A stretch of DNA of 64,000 bases from Bdellovibrionales bacterium (GTDB taxonomy: Bacteria > Bdellovibrionota > Bdellovibrionia > Bdellovibrionales > JAUICD01): positions 269,209 to 333,208 of the forward strand of contig OZ241914.1 in assembly GCA_965203875.1 (NCBI GenBank), read 5' to 3'. The position numbers and the translations under genes were made by a program. Positions 8,545-19,841 of the stretch are shown one piece after another. The first letter of the stretch is position 1, and the number at the start of each line of letters is the position of its first letter. The notes under the pieces were generated by a model. The model saw only the letters and a program-made list of their open reading frames with translations. It was not told the origin of the DNA and made no database searches.

Positions 8545-9373
8545 TCTAAAAAGTTTAAGAGATAAAATAAACAGCACAAAAAAAACACAAGCTACTACTA
8601 AAGCTATGAAGATGGTTTCGGCTGCTAAACTTAGAAAAGCTCAGGATAATATAATAAACCAAAGACCTTATGCAAAAAAACTGTTGTCTGTAATTAGTCA
8701 AATAAAATCAAATCCCAATGTATCGCATCCGTTTATTAGGAAAAGTTCAAAGCATGGTAAAAATCTTGTGATTGTTTTAACAAGTGATAGAGGTCTTTGT
8801 GGAGGATTTAATAGTAGCATATGTAAATATGCCACTCAGGCATTAGAAAAAGAGGATGCAGAAGTCATCTTTATTGGCAAAAAAGGACAAAGCTACTTAA
8901 AAAAAAGAGGATATGTTCAAAAACATTCTGTTGTGAACTTGGACAGGATTATTTCTTATCAGACAGCATCAGATATTGCTAAATTAGTTCTTAAATACTA
9001 TGAAACTGGCAAGTATGAACAAGTTAAAATTATTTATAATGACTTTAAAACAGTAATGCTTCAGAAAGTAACAATGGAAACACTACTCCCTTTAGAACCT
9101 ATGGAAGGTGATAACAAAATTGATTTTATTTTCGAGCCTGAGGTAGACAAAATACTAGATACACTTATTCGGAAAAACTTTGTCATTCAATTATATAGAT
9201 GTTTACAAGAGAGCGTAGCTTCAGAGCATGGTGCTAGAATGACTGCTATGGAGAGTGCAACAAAAAATGCTAAGGAAATGATTGCAAAACTATCTTTAGA
9301 ATATAACAAAGAAAGACAAGCAAAAATAACAACTGAGCTTATTGAAATTACAAGCGGTAGTGAAGCTTTGTAA
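8537..9373 (+). CDS. atpG: ATP synthase F1 subunit gamma
   Basis: [11 protein letters not shown] start, [11 protein letters not shown], and [13 protein letters not shown]-terminus. Confidence 0.98.
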   Translation: MANLKSLRDKINSTKKTQATTKAMKMVSAAKLRKAQDNIINQRPYAKKLLSVISQIKSNPNVSHPFIRKSSKHGKNLVIVLTSDRGLCGGFNSSICKYATQALEKEDAEVIFIGKKGQSYLKKRGYVQKHSVVNLDRIISYQTASDIAKLVLKYYETGKYEQVKIIYNDFKTVMLQKVTMETLLPLEPMEGDNKIDFIFEPEVDKILDTLIRKNFVIQLYRCLQESVASEHGARMTAMESATKNAKEMIAKLSLEYNKERQAKITTELIEITSGSEAL

Positions 9374-10788
<1,415 letters not shown>

Positions 10789-10789
<1 letters not shown>

Positions 10790-11100
10790 TGGAATCTTTA
10801 AATTTAAACCTTTTAACTCCTAAAAAAAAATTACTTATCGATCAAAAAACGTTAGAGATAAGAGTTGCTGCTTATAAAGGGGAGCTAACTATTTTACCGG
10901 GGCATGCCCCTTTAATAACAACTTTATCTTCTGGAATATTAGCTTATAAAACAACAGACAACAAAACTCAAAAAGCTCATCTGTCTTGGGGTTACTTAGA
11001 AGTTTTAGATGATGATGTGAATATCCTTGCAGAAGAAGTTAGAAAATCGGATCAAGACGATGAACGTGTTAACATAGACTTTGGAAAATTGAAAAATTAA
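10789..11100 (+). CDS. atpC: ATP synthase F1 subunit epsilon (short, 103 aa)
   Basis: GELTILPGHAPLITTL motif; last gene of the operon. Confidence 0.9.
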
Positions 11101-11110
11101 GACATTTTTC

Positions 11111-11803
11111 TCATCTACCTGTACGATTAATATAAAATAAATCACTTTCTAAAATCCAACCTGTGACGTTTTGATCTTTTACAAATACCCAATTACTATT
11201 TGATTTTTTAACAACCATCTTGCGTCCTATAGGTATGGTTAATATAGGGGCACTTGTTTTATCAGGTGCTGTATAGAGTGATGTATTTTGCTTTGATACA
11301 GCCAGAGTCTGATAACCCCTGCTAATTTTTATGAGAATCGTACTAGATAGTACAAAAAAACATACCCACGAAAAAATAAATTTTTTAAAATAAAACCCAG
11401 GTTTTTTATTATATAAAACAATAAACCTGCTATAGAATATAACAAGAAATAAAAAGCTTATAAATAAAAGTAAGTTCAAAGGAAGATCTAAGTTTCTATC
11501 TTTATAAATTTCAATTTCAGGATTTATGTTTTTAATCTTTTCTAAAACTGGCTTTGCCAGCTTGTGCCCTCTAAATAGTGCTGCATTTAAAAATCCTACA
11601 GCCTGACCAATTTCGTTGATCTTATAATTGATAACTCCTAAGTTATATAAAAGATTTGCATCATCTGGTTTTTTTTCTAAAAGCTCTTTAAAATGCAGCT
11701 CTGCCTGCCTATAATTTTTATTATTATAGGCTTGTACCCCAGAATCAAATAAAGCTTGGCTACAAAAAGCCTTGATAGTAAGTAAGGTTATTATGGAGAT
11801 CAT
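11111..11803 (-). CDS. TPR plus C-terminal SH3-like membrane protein (BatE-like architecture)
   Basis: TPR pattern LLYNLGVINY, two TM segments, C-terminal LYTAPD...WVFVK..TGWI. Confidence 0.7.
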   Translation of the reverse strand: MISIITLLTIKAFCSQALFDSGVQAYNNKNYRQAELHFKELLEKKPDDANLLYNLGVINYKINEIGQAVGFLNAALFRGHKLAKPVLEKIKNINPEIEIYKDRNLDLPLNLLLFISFLFLVIFYSRFIVLYNKKPGFYFKKFIFSWVCFFVLSSTILIKISRGYQTLAVSKQNTSLYTAPDKTSAPILTIPIGRKMVVKKSNSNWVFVKDQNVTGWILESDLFYINRTGR

Positions 11804-11848
11804 TATTCTTAAAGTTTATTCTTTCAGAAGGTACTAAATAAGGTGGTT

Positions 11849-13207
11849 ATGTCAAGTGAAATAGAAAACACAAAAGATATACTGATATCTAACTTGATGA
11901 ATGAAATAAAAAATCAAGATATAGATGCTATTAAAAAGCCTTCAGATCCAAATTTGGCTAAAGAATTTTGTAAAAAAGTGGCAGCCTTAAGGGGCAGACC
12001 ATTATTTTTGCCATACATGGGTAGTGGTAGAGGTAATGGTGTGTATGTAGAACTAGAAGATCTCAGCGTTAAGATGGATCTGGTAGGCGGAATAGGTATA
12101 CATATCTTAGGACATGGACACCCAGAAGTAACCAAGGCTGCACTCAAAGCAGCAACGTCAGATATTGTTATGCAAGGAAATTTACAAATGAATGTGGATT
12201 GGATTAAACTATCTGAAAAATTTGTGAAACTTGCTTCCAAAAATTCAAACCTACAACATTCATGGCTTACCACTTCAGGAACTATGGCTAACGAAAATGC
12301 TCTTAAGATTATACGCTCAAAGCATAGGCCAGCTAGAAAAATAATTGCTATGAAAAAGGCCTTTGCAGGACGAAGCACGATGATGAACGAAATTAGTGAT
12401 AATCCAGAATATAAAAAAGGTTTACCTACTTATGATGAAGTATTAAGGCTTGAGTTTTATAATAGCTCTATTAGCAATTCTTGCGAAAAAACTTTGGCTA
12501 AGCTTAGAGAACATATATCAAACAACAAAGACAATATAGCAGCATTTGTGTTTGAGCTAGTACAAGGTGAGGGCGGTTTTCGAACAGCTCCCCGTAAGTT
12601 CTTCCTACCTCTTTTAGAAGAGTGCAAAGCTAATGGCATCGCAATATGGGACGATGAAGTGCAGACGTTTGCTCGTACAGGAGAATTTTTTGCGTATGAA
12701 AAACTGGATTTAGGCAAATATGTAGACGTTGTTACTGTAGGCAAAGCTCCTCAAATAGCAACCACTTTATTTACAAAAGAATATAATCCCAGACCAGGCT
12801 TAATTGCAGGAACTTTTGCTGGTTCCACTGTTCAGATGGCCACAGGTCTTAAGATACTAGAAATATTAGAGCACGGTTTTATGGGAACAAATGGTAGGAT
12901 AAATGAGATTTATAACAGATTTACCTCTAATATATCTCATTTAAACAACACTGAATGTAAAGGATTGATAAATGACATAAGTGGAATGGGATTGATGATA
13001 TCGGTAACTCCATTTGATGGAACCAAGGAAAACCAAATAGGGCTTATTAAGACTTTTTATAAAAATGGATTAGTTACATTTGGATGTGGTAGGGATCCTT
13101 ATAAAATTAGATTTTTACCGCCAGCTATTATTACAGATAATCAAATAGATCTGGCTTGTGAGATTATAAAAAACTCGGTTTTAGAATATAAGCAAAAGGC
13201 AGATTGA
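11849..13207 (+). CDS. Class III PLP-dependent aminotransferase
   Basis: FELVQGEGG, WDDEVQT and VTVGK motifs, GTF. Substrate cannot be assigned from sequence. Confidence 0.88.
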   Translation: MSSEIENTKDILISNLMNEIKNQDIDAIKKPSDPNLAKEFCKKVAALRGRPLFLPYMGSGRGNGVYVELEDLSVKMDLVGGIGIHILGHGHPEVTKAALKAATSDIVMQGNLQMNVDWIKLSEKFVKLASKNSNLQHSWLTTSGTMANENALKIIRSKHRPARKIIAMKKAFAGRSTMMNEISDNPEYKKGLPTYDEVLRLEFYNSSISNSCEKTLAKLREHISNNKDNIAAFVFELVQGEGGFRTAPRKFFLPLLEECKANGIAIWDDEVQTFARTGEFFAYEKLDLGKYVDVVTVGKAPQIATTLFTKEYNPRPGLIAGTFAGSTVQMATGLKILEILEHGFMGTNGRINEIYNRFTSNISHLNNTECKGLINDISGMGLMISVTPFDGTKENQIGLIKTFYKNGLVTFGCGRDPYKIRFLPPAIITDNQIDLACEIIKNSVLEYKQKAD

Positions 13208-14202
13208 TGATAAGAATAATGCTAGCTCTAGGCATTTGTGGGTTTTTAGCTTTGGCTCTATTTGTGTGCTACAATATGTATCTTCCAAACCATCGTTCTT
13301 CTGAAAAAATCATTTTTGATGTAGCTCCAGGAGACAATTTTAATAAAATTTCTGATAAGCTAATTTTAAAAAAACTTATTAAAAACAAACAAATATTTTT
13401 ACTCTATACAAAAATATTTGGTTTTGAAAAAAATCTTAAGGTAGGTGAATACGAACTATATTACAACATGAGCCCTAGTAAAATAATTCATACACTAACT
13501 TCGAAAAATTCTTATGCTAGACTAGTTACTTTTATGGAAGGCTTGAATGTATATGAAATTGCTGATCTGTTAAGTAAAGAACAACTAGTTGATAAAGAAA
13601 AGTTTTTAGATCTCATAAAAGAACAGGCTTTCATAGAAAGTCTCATGGGAGAAAAACTAAACAGTTTAGAAGGATTTTTATTTCCTGAAACCTATAGGAT
13701 AGAAAAATACATGGGTTCTAAAGCTATTATTGCCATGATGGTTAATAATTTTCTAAAGGTATATAATAGCATTAATCCCAGATATAATAAATATATTAGA
13801 AATAGAAATGAAGTCATCATATTGGCAAGTATTATAGAAAAAGAAACAGGAGCTAGCTTTGAAAGACCTTTTATTTCTTCTGTTTTTTACAATAGATTAA
13901 GACGTGGCATGAAACTACAATCTGATCCTACTATAATATATGGAATACTAATGGATACAGGAATACATATAACAAATATTAGAAGACGAGACATTACATC
14001 ACAAAATGAATACAATACCTATCACATATACGGACTTCCCAAAGGACCTATAGCTAATCCGGGAGAAGATTCTATTAAAGCTGTGTTTAATCCAGAAAAC
14101 ACACAATACCTTTACTTCGTAAGTAAAAATGACGGAACACATAAGTTTTCCAAGAATTATAAAGAACATCAAAAAGCGGTAAACCTATATCAAAAACGAT
14201 AG
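13207..14202 (+). CDS. mltG: Endolytic transglycosylase MltG (YceG family)
   Basis: LEGFLFPETY, ASIIEKE, LQSDPT and YNTYHIYGLPKGPIANPG motifs. Confidence 0.95.
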   Translation: MIRIMLALGICGFLALALFVCYNMYLPNHRSSEKIIFDVAPGDNFNKISDKLILKKLIKNKQIFLLYTKIFGFEKNLKVGEYELYYNMSPSKIIHTLTSKNSYARLVTFMEGLNVYEIADLLSKEQLVDKEKFLDLIKEQAFIESLMGEKLNSLEGFLFPETYRIEKYMGSKAIIAMMVNNFLKVYNSINPRYNKYIRNRNEVIILASIIEKETGASFERPFISSVFYNRLRRGMKLQSDPTIIYGILMDTGIHITNIRRRDITSQNEYNTYHIYGLPKGPIANPGEDSIKAVFNPENTQYLYFVSKNDGTHKFSKNYKEHQKAVNLYQKR

Positions 14203-14246
14203 TGTTTAGGTGACTTTTAGAAGTTTTTTGCATATACTTAAAATAT

Positions 14247-14322
14247 GTGCTCATAGCTCAGTTGGTAGAGCACCACCTTGACGTGGTGGGGGCCATAGGT
14301 TCGAGTCCTGTTGAGCACACCA
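14247..14322 (+). tRNA. tRNA-Val (GAC)
   Basis: 76 nt cloverleaf: acceptor stem GTGCTCA/TGAGCAC, anticodon arm CCACC-TTGACGT-GGTGG, GGTTCGAG T-loop, encoded CCA. Confidence 0.97.
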
Positions 14323-14443
14323 TTGAGCTTGTGGTTTGATTTATTAAAAGTTTTTAAGTTAGCTTTGATAAAGATAAGTACTTAACTTTATCTTTACTTT
14401 TGTTATTTTGTCGGATAGAGTTCCCAGACTAAAGGAGATAATA

Positions 14444-14623
14444 ATGGCAAAAAAAGGCAAAGTTAAAATTATTACATTGGAGTGCACTCAAGCTAAAAAA
14501 TGCGGTAAGCCTGTGTCCAGATATACTACTACTAAAAATACACATACACATCCAGAAAGACTCGAAAAGAAAAAATATAATCCATTCTTAAAAAAACACA
14601 CCCTACACAAAGAAATTAAATAA
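14444..14623 (+). CDS. rpmG: 50S ribosomal protein L33
   Basis: IITLECT...[27 protein letters not shown]; AAGGAG RBS. Confidence 0.95.
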   Translation: MAKKGKVKIITLECTQAKKCGKPVSRYTTTKNTHTHPERLEKKKYNPFLKKHTLHKEIK

Positions 14624-14765
14624 CCAGCATTTGATTTGACTCTTAAGCTCTATAACTACTTAAAATTTCAAGAACTTTTATACGCCAGATAAAATAATCT
14701 GAGGAAATTTGGCTTAAGACAGGCCCTTAAGATAAACCATAGATCTGTCCGAAAAGAAGGACTCT

Positions 14766-16214
14766 ATGAAAAAGTCTAGAACACTACTTGTATTACTGCT
14801 ATTACCCATGGCACTGGGCACGACTTCTTTGATTAATAGCATGAATTCAGGCTCTCAAGACTTCTCTTCTCTGACAGACGATGCAAGAGGGATCTTAGGT
14901 GTAATAAGTGAACAGCTAACAAACCAAGGAAAATTAGATCTAGATGGGGATGGAGACAAAGATACTAATCTTACTATATCATTTGTAGAGGCAGAAATAG
15001 AAGACGACTTTTGGACATCATCTAACGAAGATGGAAAACTTTTAGTTAAAATAGAAGCTCAAACAGAAAGTGATACAACCATAAATGATGGTACTTGTGA
15101 ATGCGAAACAACCCAAATAATTTATCTAGAAACTTCAGAAGAAATATCCAATCTGGCTAAAAAAGACTGTTCTAAAGATGCAGATGGAAATGATCTTCCA
15201 AACCCAGATGCTGATCCGAGCAAAACAGCTATAGAAAACTGTAAAACCGAGTTTAAAAATGCACTAGCAGCCTTTATCCGCAGCAAAAAAAGAGAGATAA
15301 AAAACAAACTAAATGACAAGCGTCTGGCACAACACGAACTAAGAATGGAAGAGAAAAACTGTGATAACAAACGCAATGTAGAAGTTAAACTTGAGTGCTT
15401 GATAAACTCAGTCGAAAACTTGAATAGAGAGCAAAGACAAGAGGTTTTTTCTAAAATAGAAGATGAAATGAAAGAATTAAATTATTCAAACGAAGATGAT
15501 AAAGAAATTTTTGAAGAGAGCTTAGAAAAATTGGCAGATGTTGATTATGCATCAGATCTAAGAAAGAAATTGAAAGGTCATAGAAATACAAGAGAGTTAG
15601 TTGATGATAAAAGATCAGAACTGGATGAAATCAATCAAACAATACTAGAGGCTAGAACCAGCCTAGAGTTGGCGGAAACTCAATATAATAGCTCAAACAA
15701 AACACCGTGGGATTTTTATCGTTATCAGCAAGATTCATATAAACATAACTTTGAACTAATGAATACCTCCAATCAGTTTGAGCGAAAAAAGCACCTGATG
15801 CAAAGAGATATCGAAAATCTAATAAACCAACTTAGATTTGAAGATAGAATCTTTGATCAAAGAGATACTGATCTTGCAATGAGATATGCCCAAACCGGAT
15901 ACAACTTTCCGCACAGCACAGATCAAACTTATCCTACAACCAGAAACAGAAGACCTAGAGGTGCTGCAATCAGAGTGAGGACAAATATATTTCAAAACTC
16001 AAGGTATTATGGTTTTGATACAGCAAGTTTGACCAATGACTTTGGACAACAAAACTCCAACAGGTATGACAACTATAACAACTATAATAACTATAACAAT
16101 TATAACAACTACATGGACTCAAATTTTCAAGCAACACCTATAATGGATGAGAGAAATCCGGACGGCACTAGCCGAGATAGAAGAAAACGTGGAAGAAACA
16201 CCGGCCGTCGTTAG
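14766..16214 (+). CDS. Hypothetical secreted coiled-coil protein with N/Y-rich C-terminal tail
   Basis: Signal peptide, DLDGDGDKD acidic loop, long charged helical region, (NYN)n tail. Confidence 0.75.
   Translation: MKKSRTLLVLLLLPMALGTTSLINSMNSGSQDFSSLTDDARGILGVISEQLTNQGKLDLDGDGDKDTNLTISFVEAEIEDDFWTSSNEDGKLLVKIEAQTESDTTINDGTCECETTQIIYLETSEEISNLAKKDCSKDADGNDLPNPDADPSKTAIENCKTEFKNALAAFIRSKKREIKNKLNDKRLAQHELRMEEKNCDNKRNVEVKLECLINSVENLNREQRQEVFSKIEDEMKELNYSNEDDKEIFEESLEKLADVDYASDLRKKLKGHRNTRELVDDKRSELDEINQTILEARTSLELAETQYNSSNKTPWDFYRYQQDSYKHNFELMNTSNQFERKKHLMQRDIENLINQLRFEDRIFDQRDTDLAMRYAQTGYNFPHSTDQTYPTTRNRRPRGAAIRVRTNIFQNSRYYGFDTASLTNDFGQQNSNRYDNYNNYNNYNNYNNYMDSNFQATPIMDERNPDGTSRDRRKRGRNTGRR
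16071..16112 (+). repeat. 9-bp coding tandem repeat (AACTATAAC, ~4.7 copies) encoding NYN
   Basis: aactataac aactataat aactataac aattataac aactac. Confidence 0.85.
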
Positions 16215-16222
16215 GCTCGAGG

Positions 16223-17413
16223 TTAGAAGCGATAACCAACTCCTACACTAAGTGCAATAGAATAATCTTCTATAGCCTTAGGAGTAGAATCCTTTAAAAA
16301 GTTGTTAAAAGGATAAGTAAAGCTTGCAGTAGCTGGGAAAAACCAAGGGTTGTTTGAAATGTTAATATCTAGACCCATGGCCACATGAAAAGCTCCTCTG
16401 ACAGGAGGGATCTCATTTTTGTTAAGAAACTCACTTTTCCAATCAAAAGGTATCAAGATGGCCATTCCAGCACCTATCCATGGATTAAGATCTTCATATA
16501 CATCCATTTTGTATCTAATAAGTCCGCTTAAAGAGATATAATCAATGTAGGCATAACATACACTCCTTCCGCCAGCATCTCCTGCCACTCTCATTCCATC
16601 TGGATTTAGCTTTGTGCTACAATCGACCAAGGTGGTGAGTCTATCTACGGCTGCCACACTACTTCCTACCGTATCTATGACACTAAAATGCTCCCATCCA
16701 TAAGTAATTCTTATTCCTAAAGTATCGTTGGCTGACCAATCTATGAATCCGTTTATAAGCATTCCAAAGCCTCTTGCCTTTAATTTAATTATGTCATCTA
16801 TATCATCTGGTATCTCTTCGGGGTTAATCCACTCATCTCCACCTGATTCTCTGTTGGTTATTAAATAGCAGGTGTTTTTGCTAGATATGTCGTAGCAATT
16901 TGCTCCCATAAAGTTGTAATTTACACCCAAGAGCCCTCCTACAGAAAAACGACTTTCAGAAGATGCTCTAATATCTTCAGGAGGCAAGGTTTCATCTACA
17001 TATGAAGGTTTTTGATTATCATTCATGCTTTCTATGTTTGGACTATCAACTTTTTCGTTGCCTACATCTGTATCTACATCATCTATGTTTGTACTGGCAT
17101 CAGGTAGATTTTGGTCAGGTGTATCTTCTGTAACATCTGCATCCAAGTCATCACTTGTATCTGAATCAACGGTATTTACGTTGTTATCTACATGATCTTC
17201 ATTTGGATCATCTTCATTATTTGGATGATCTTCATTTAGATCATTACCTGCGTCTAAATCCACCTGGTCGGTATCATCCATACCTTCGTCAGGCTCTTGA
17301 GGTGTATCTGAATCGCTCTGTATATTCCTAATTATTTCACTAAAACTTTGTGTTTCTGCCTTATGAGTAAATAAACACGATAAAATGAATATGATAAGCA
17401 AGATCCTATTCAT
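16223..17413 (-). CDS. Putative outer-membrane beta-barrel protein with an acidic low-complexity N-terminal region
   Basis: Signal peptide, D/E/N-rich segment, alternating beta-strands and terminal SVGVGYRF. ATG at 17413 follows a GGAGG RBS. Confidence 0.7.
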   Translation of the reverse strand: MNRILLIIFILSCLFTHKAETQSFSEIIRNIQSDSDTPQEPDEGMDDTDQVDLDAGNDLNEDHPNNEDDPNEDHVDNNVNTVDSDTSDDLDADVTEDTPDQNLPDASTNIDDVDTDVGNEKVDSPNIESMNDNQKPSYVDETLPPEDIRASSESRFSVGGLLGVNYNFMGANCYDISSKNTCYLITNRESGGDEWINPEEIPDDIDDIIKLKARGFGMLINGFIDWSANDTLGIRITYGWEHFSVIDTVGSSVAAVDRLTTLVDCSTKLNPDGMRVAGDAGGRSVCYAYIDYISLSGLIRYKMDVYEDLNPWIGAGMAILIPFDWKSEFLNKNEIPPVRGAFHVAMGLDINISNNPWFFPATASFTYPFNNFLKDSTPKAIEDYSIALSVGVGYRF

Positions 17414-17579
17414 CAGCACCCCCTCCAAGCAAAGTCCAGTTTAGACAAAAGAACGTTTAACGGCAAGATAAAAAACATTCAAAACATAATGCCCACTACA
17501 TAAGCCTTTTAGTTCATTGTAAATAATGCCACATTAGTTATGCTTGACATAATCGAATAACTTTCCGATCTGAATCAAG

Positions 17580-18143
17580 ATGAAGTACGCAGCCATCTTT
17601 AGTGTAGCATGTATAGCTTTAGTTTTAAGTCAACAACAGTGCTCAGTTTATAAAAATTCAGGTCTAAAGGGGGCCAGTAAAATAAAAGACCAGACCAATA
17701 TGTGCGACAACTATTTGACACCTAGCGACCTTAGTCCTCTAGCTCCTGATTCGCAAATCACACTTAGCAGTACTATTCAAATGCAAGGGTCAGAAGCAGT
17801 AGAAGTGTGCTCTATAGATATAGAAGATGAGATAACTAGCACTTGCAAAGTAGGGCAGACATATAAAGATATGATATATGACGAAGTAGATGAATCCAAT
17901 ACACTGACAATGTTTTCATATGGTTATGAATACACCTACTTTCATAATGATAGCCAAGGAACAACCGATCTTTATATGTACATGTCTGACTCAAATTCGA
18001 ATGAGTACGAATTTAGAAATGGCAAAGGGGTGATGTGTAGAGGAGATATAGAAGATGAAGTAGAAGATTCTATTATCTTCCAAATTGCTACTGCAATACT
18101 AGAAAATCTCTACGATAATTATAGATCACAGCAACAGCAATGA
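17580..18143 (+). CDS. Hypothetical exported protein
   Basis: Hydrophobic N-terminus ending SQQQC; overlaps the gpmI 3' end convergently by 18 nt. Confidence 0.65.
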   Translation: MKYAAIFSVACIALVLSQQQCSVYKNSGLKGASKIKDQTNMCDNYLTPSDLSPLAPDSQITLSSTIQMQGSEAVEVCSIDIEDEITSTCKVGQTYKDMIYDEVDESNTLTMFSYGYEYTYFHNDSQGTTDLYMYMSDSNSNEYEFRNGKGVMCRGDIEDEVEDSIIFQIATAILENLYDNYRSQQQQ

Positions 18144-19598
18144 TTTTCCAGTCATCTGATTTGGTACATCGACATCTAAAAGCTCTAGTACGGTGGGGGC
18201 AATATCACAAAGACCGCCTGAAGATAGCTGTTTTTTATCTTTAGAGATTAAGTATACAGGAACCGGGTTTGTTGTATGAGTTGTTACAGGCATTTTAGAA
18301 TCAATCATATGTTCACAGTTTCCATGATCAGAAGTTAATAAAATATCCCAACCTAAATCTACAAACGGTAAAATTTTACCTATACATTTATCCATTGATT
18401 CTACAGCAAGTACAGCAGCTTCAAAATTACCTGTATGACCTACCATATCTGCGTTTGCAAAATTGGTAACTACTAGGCTGTACAAATTTTTTTTCATTTT
18501 TGTAACTAAAGTATCTGTAATTTCAAAAACACTCATTTCAGGTTTTAGATCATATGTTTTTACGCTTTTGCAAGATGGAATCAATATACGATCTTCGTTT
18601 TCAAACTGCATTTCTACACCGCCGTTTAAAAAGTATGTCACATGTGCATACTTTTCTGTTTCTGCAAGTTTTAATTGCCTAAGACCTGCTCTTTGTATCG
18701 TTTCACTTAGAGTATTCTTAATTACATTTTTTTTAAACAGAACAGGAAAACTAAATTTCTTGGAATATTCAGTCATGGTAATAAAATTTTCTGGGTTGAT
18801 AAAATTTTTAGTTAATTCCATAGACAACTGTCTTGCTCTATCAGATCTAAAATTAAAAAATATAACTTGATCGTTTGACTTAACGCCGTCAAAGCCTATT
18901 AGGGAAGTTGGATTTATAAATTCATCATATATTCCATTATCATGTTGTGCCTTGATAGCATCTTGAAAACATGTATGTTGTTTTTTGCCAAATCCTTTTA
19001 TTGTTTCTAGAGCTTTATTGGTTCTTTCCCATCTTTTATCTCTGTCCATGGCAAAAAATCTACCTATCACAGAAGACGCAAATAAATTTTTATTTTTTGA
19101 AATTATTAAATCTAAATGTTGTGCAAATTTTAAAGAACTCTTAATAGACGTATCTCTTCCATCTGTGATCATATGTATACATAGCCTTTTTTGAGGAAAC
19201 TTTTCGGATATATGTTTAATTAATAGCTTTAAATGCTCTGCTGACGAATGTACATGTCCATCTGACACTAAACCTATCAGGTGCAGCCTGCCTGGCATGC
19301 TACATGCTCTATTTATATAAGCTATGTCTGTAAATTTACTATCCTTTAAAAAATTATTAATTCTTACCAAGTCTTGCGGTATTATTCTGCCGGCACCTAT
19401 TGTTAAGTGACCTACTTCAGAATTGCCCATTGTTTGATCTGGCAGACCTACGTCAAGACCACTAGCAGCAAGCTTGTCTCCAGAAAAATTGGCATGTATA
19501 TAATCTAGGTTAGGTGTCAAAGCGTGATGTATAGCATTGCCTTTGGAATTTGTTGAAATTCCAAAACCGTCTAATATCAAGAGTAGTACTTTATTCAT
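18126..19598 (-). CDS. gpmI: 2,3-bisphosphoglycerate-independent phosphoglycerate mutase
   Basis: LLILDGFG, MGNSEVGH, ETEKYAHVT and NADMVGHTG motifs. Start placed at MNKV (19598). Confidence 0.97.
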   Translation of the reverse strand: MNKVLLLILDGFGISTNSKGNAIHHALTPNLDYIHANFSGDKLAASGLDVGLPDQTMGNSEVGHLTIGAGRIIPQDLVRINNFLKDSKFTDIAYINRACSMPGRLHLIGLVSDGHVHSSAEHLKLLIKHISEKFPQKRLCIHMITDGRDTSIKSSLKFAQHLDLIISKNKNLFASSVIGRFFAMDRDKRWERTNKALETIKGFGKKQHTCFQDAIKAQHDNGIYDEFINPTSLIGFDGVKSNDQVIFFNFRSDRARQLSMELTKNFINPENFITMTEYSKKFSFPVLFKKNVIKNTLSETIQRAGLRQLKLAETEKYAHVTYFLNGGVEMQFENEDRILIPSCKSVKTYDLKPEMSVFEITDTLVTKMKKNLYSLVVTNFANADMVGHTGNFEAAVLAVESMDKCIGKILPFVDLGWDILLTSDHGNCEHMIDSKMPVTTHTTNPVPVYLISKDKKQLSSGGLCDIAPTVLELLDVDVPNQMTGKSLLLL

Positions 19599-19599
19599 A

Positions 19600-19701
19600 A
19601 AGCCCTTCGTTTTTAATAAATGTGCATTAGCGGAACGGTTAGGCCGGAGGCCGAAAGTATAGCTAAGGTACATTTATTAAAAAAGTTGTGCAACGTTCAA
19701 G
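19600..19701 (+). repeat. Interspersed hairpin repeat, copy B1
   Basis: AAGCCCTTCGTTTTTAATAAATG...GGCC-GGA-GGCC...CATTTATTAAAAAAGTTGTGCAACGTTCAAG; matches the reverse complement of A1. Confidence 0.85.
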
Positions 19702-19725
19702 ATAGATTATAAATAAATTTCCTCC

Positions 19726-19760
19726 AAGCCCTAAAGTTTTTAATAAGTGTATAATGAAGT
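19726..19760 (+). repeat. Truncated left end of the hairpin repeat, copy B2
   Basis: AAGCCCTAAAGTTTTTAATAAGTGTA matches the reverse complement of 56266-56280 and 56080-56094. Confidence 0.55.
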
Positions 19761-19841
19761 AATCCAGCTCGCAAATCTATTAGTTCCGGTATAACTTAAA
19801 CATTTGCTAAAGATTAAATAACTTGGCTATAATAAGTTTTG

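Noticed and set aside
14737-14764. Possible sigma28 promoter upstream of 14766 (and a similar CCGATC upstream of 17580)
   Set aside because: Both -10 and -35 matches are too degenerate to support.
14324-18143. tRNA-anchored integrated element or prophage after tRNA-Val
   Set aside because: No integrase, no duplicated tRNA 3' end (att site) seen, and rpmG lies immediately downstream.
19599-19673. 25 aa N-terminal extension of GpmI given by the ORF track
   Set aside because: It is translated repeat sequence; homologous GpmI proteins begin at the MNKVLLLILDG-equivalent position.
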